Shown: positions 61,751 through 64,000 of the stretch, piece by piece
Numbering within the stretch: position 1 is the first letter of the stretch
How the letters are laid out: the number at the start of each line of letters is the position of its first letter
Source: Vicugna vicugna
Taxonomy: Eukaryota
DNA length: 64,000 nt
Reading direction: 5' to 3'
Assembly: GCA_013265495.1 (NCBI GenBank)
Contig: MU058289.1
Span: 2,043,451 to 2,107,450 of the forward strand
The notes under the pieces: model-generated
What the model was told of the DNA's origin: nothing
The model's database searches: none
Seen by the model: the letters and a program-made list of their open reading frames with translations, nothing else
Made by a program: the position numbers and the translations under genes

Positions 61751-63447
61751 TGCTCTAAGATAAGTATCAGAGTAAGGGAAGTGACCACTGCCTCACTTGA
61801 ATAGTGTTACACTGTCCCCCAGCCCTGGTGTTCAAGGCCTCCTCTGCCCCTTGCAACTGCCTCTTAAGGGAAGCAAAGGCACTTTGTTGTCTCTGCCTCC
61901 AGATGGGGAAAGTGGGGTCCAGAGAAGTCAGGGGACCCAGGCTTCTGATTCTGAAGTCCACACACTTCTTTTCTTTCTCCCCTACGTGATTTCTAACGGG
62001 CCATTGGTGCTTTGGGCTATTTATCCGGCAATGATATGGAGGCAGGGCGAGCTGAAGAAATGAAAATGATGTATTCTCCTGTGTAAACTGCAAAGAAAAA
62101 CCATGAAACGAGAAACTCACACTTGTGCTGAAATGAAAATTGCTCCATTCTACACTTTTTGATTGTAATATTAAGGACAAGTTTGTTCAAGTCGAACTTT
62201 CCAAGGTTTTATTTGGGGGAGCTGCTGGCACCCCAAGTTGGTATCCACAAGACTATGTGTTTTAGGAGTTTGTGTATATCTCCCAGCACCTTAACCCTGA
62301 CCTGTTCTGAGAATAAGACTGGGTGAGATGCCAGGTCCCCAACCCTCCCCTCCTGCCTGCAGAAACCCGAAGGGACAAGATGGCCAGAGAGTGGGCATGA
62401 GGCTTGGGTTCTGCAAGTGACTGCACTGCCCACCAAAGGCTTTGGCTGTGCAGGGAGTGAAGCCCGGATGCCGTGTCAGTCCAAAGTGATGTCCAAGAGT
62501 AGGGGTGTTGGCAACAACTTGGGGCAGCAGTGTGAGGTGTGTCCTGGCTGTGTGCTTGGCCACCAGTGTGCCTGGCTCCTGCCAGTTTTCTGAGCCTGCC
62601 TTGCCTTCAAATGTGCCACCGGACATTCCCCAACACATCCTCCTCTGCTGGAGATGGCCAGACTCGGGCTGTTTGCTACAAAGAACCCTGATGAGCATGG
62701 GGCTCAAAATGGGAAGAGACCACAAGCAGCCTTGTCAGTCACACGGGAGAGTGGTGAAGGGGCCGCAGGAAGGGAGATGTGGGGGTGGAAATGGCAGGAG
62801 GCGGGGGACTACAAGGCACTGAGGAGAAAGAGCAGACAGGTGTGATGGTCAGGAGAGCAAGGAGTCACAGGTGACCCCAGTCTTGCAGGTAGCATGGACA
62901 GGTTAGGTGGCTACTGGGGACATAGTCTATGGACTGAAAACATCCTCCTTAAAATGACGCCGATGAGAGGGGCAGTTGTGAATGTCAACAGGAATGTCAG
63001 AGACATTCATTATCTTGGAGCTGCGCAGAGGGAGAGCCCATGCCTCGGGTCACAAGCCACAGAACCCAGTTTCCCTGCTCTGGGACTGTACCCTTACGCT
63101 TCGGAATTTCATTCATTTTATCAAGATCTTGAAATGTGGTAATAAAGTTACACCAATGAATAGCCCAGTACAACACGGGAAATGCAATAAAGGTGAAAGC
63201 AATAAAAGGTGGAGGGACCAGCCACTCGACACTGATACGACTCCTAAGAAATGAAAGTAATTATCACCTGCCCATCGTGGCTGGTCCACTCCGCGTGCAC
63301 GGAGGAAAACCGTTTCAGAACTTTATTTCCTATATCGGATGTCGATAACTGGATGTATTTATAAGTCTGTCTAGAAGAAAACAGCTTGTGATTTCAAGAT
63401 GAGAAAACAGTCTTCCGAACAGTGAAAAACAATATATTCCCCATTTT

Positions 63448-63491
63448 CACACACATACACACACAAATGCACACACGCACACACACACACA
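63448..63491. repeat. Interrupted (CA)n microsatellite
   Basis: Directly visible. Confidence 0.9.
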
Positions 63492-64000
63492 AAGAGCTTG
63501 TTTCCTTCGATGTTTTTAAGGCGCTATTGGAATGATTTGCCTTTCCGAAGCCACCGTTCCATTTCTCATCTTGAATTGCCTCATAGACCCTGGCAAAGCA
63601 CTCAGCGGGGACCACTTCATCTGAAGCAGTGACGGGGCTTCCTAGGGAAGGGGCCCCCCCACCCCTCCCCTGGCTGCTGCTTGCTTCTTTTTGCGGGAAG
63701 ATGGATACCCAGGTGGGCCAGGTGGGGTGATGAAGGGCAGGAGGAAGGTGGCGTGGTGTGGGGGCTCCTCTGGGGGGCTGACGGATGCTGGTGACAGCTG
63801 TGGCACAGAGCTGGAGGAATGAGCAGGCCAGGCTGGCCCCTGGAGTGGGAGAGCCACGGCTGCCACTGCTGCTGATGTTGCAAAGGCTGAGGGCTGGGAT
63901 CTGCCAGAACCGTGATGGAGAGGCGGCCTCCTGGGCATTTCATTCCGTCACGCTCCTTCCTTCCCTGCTCGAGATGAGGTTGGATTGGAATATGACACCC

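Noticed and set aside
63642..63938. Pro/Ala/Ser-rich ORF with an RKKK motif on the minus strand
   Set aside because: Low-complexity translation of G-rich DNA with no recognised homology; context is cut off by the window edge.
1..64000. A novel multi-gene biological system
   Set aside because: No cellular coding genes, operon-like structure or unexplained array could be supported; the window is explained by known repeat classes and candidate cis-regulatory DNA.

Overview
Mammalian non-coding genomic DNA (intergenic or deep intronic), most likely from a camelid. The host inference rests on five copies of a tRNA-Ala(AGC)-derived SINE of the Vic-1 type plus cetartiodactyl-style L1 3' ends; I recognised no Alu, B1/B2, Bov-tA, PRE-1 or SINEC. 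I found no convincing protein-coding exon of a cellular gene. The only ORFs with recognisable homology are fragments of LINE-1 ORF2; the rest look like chance ORFs in GC-rich or repetitive DNA. Much of the window is interspersed repeat: young and old L1, HAL1-like elements, L2, MIR, MaLR/ERVL/ERV1 solo LTRs and hAT DNA transposons (MER119, MER45, MER58). Subfamily names come from recalled consensus sequences and need RepeatMasker/Dfam confirmation. The most notable items are a tailless L1 ORF2 fragment with a perfect 13-bp target-site duplication (TSD) that looks internally primed, a bipartite CTCF site (core plus upstream motif), a 9-kb nested transposon stack, and several repeat-free AT-rich islands dense in developmental transcription-factor motifs (candidate enhancers). 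I could not support a new multi-gene biological system here.
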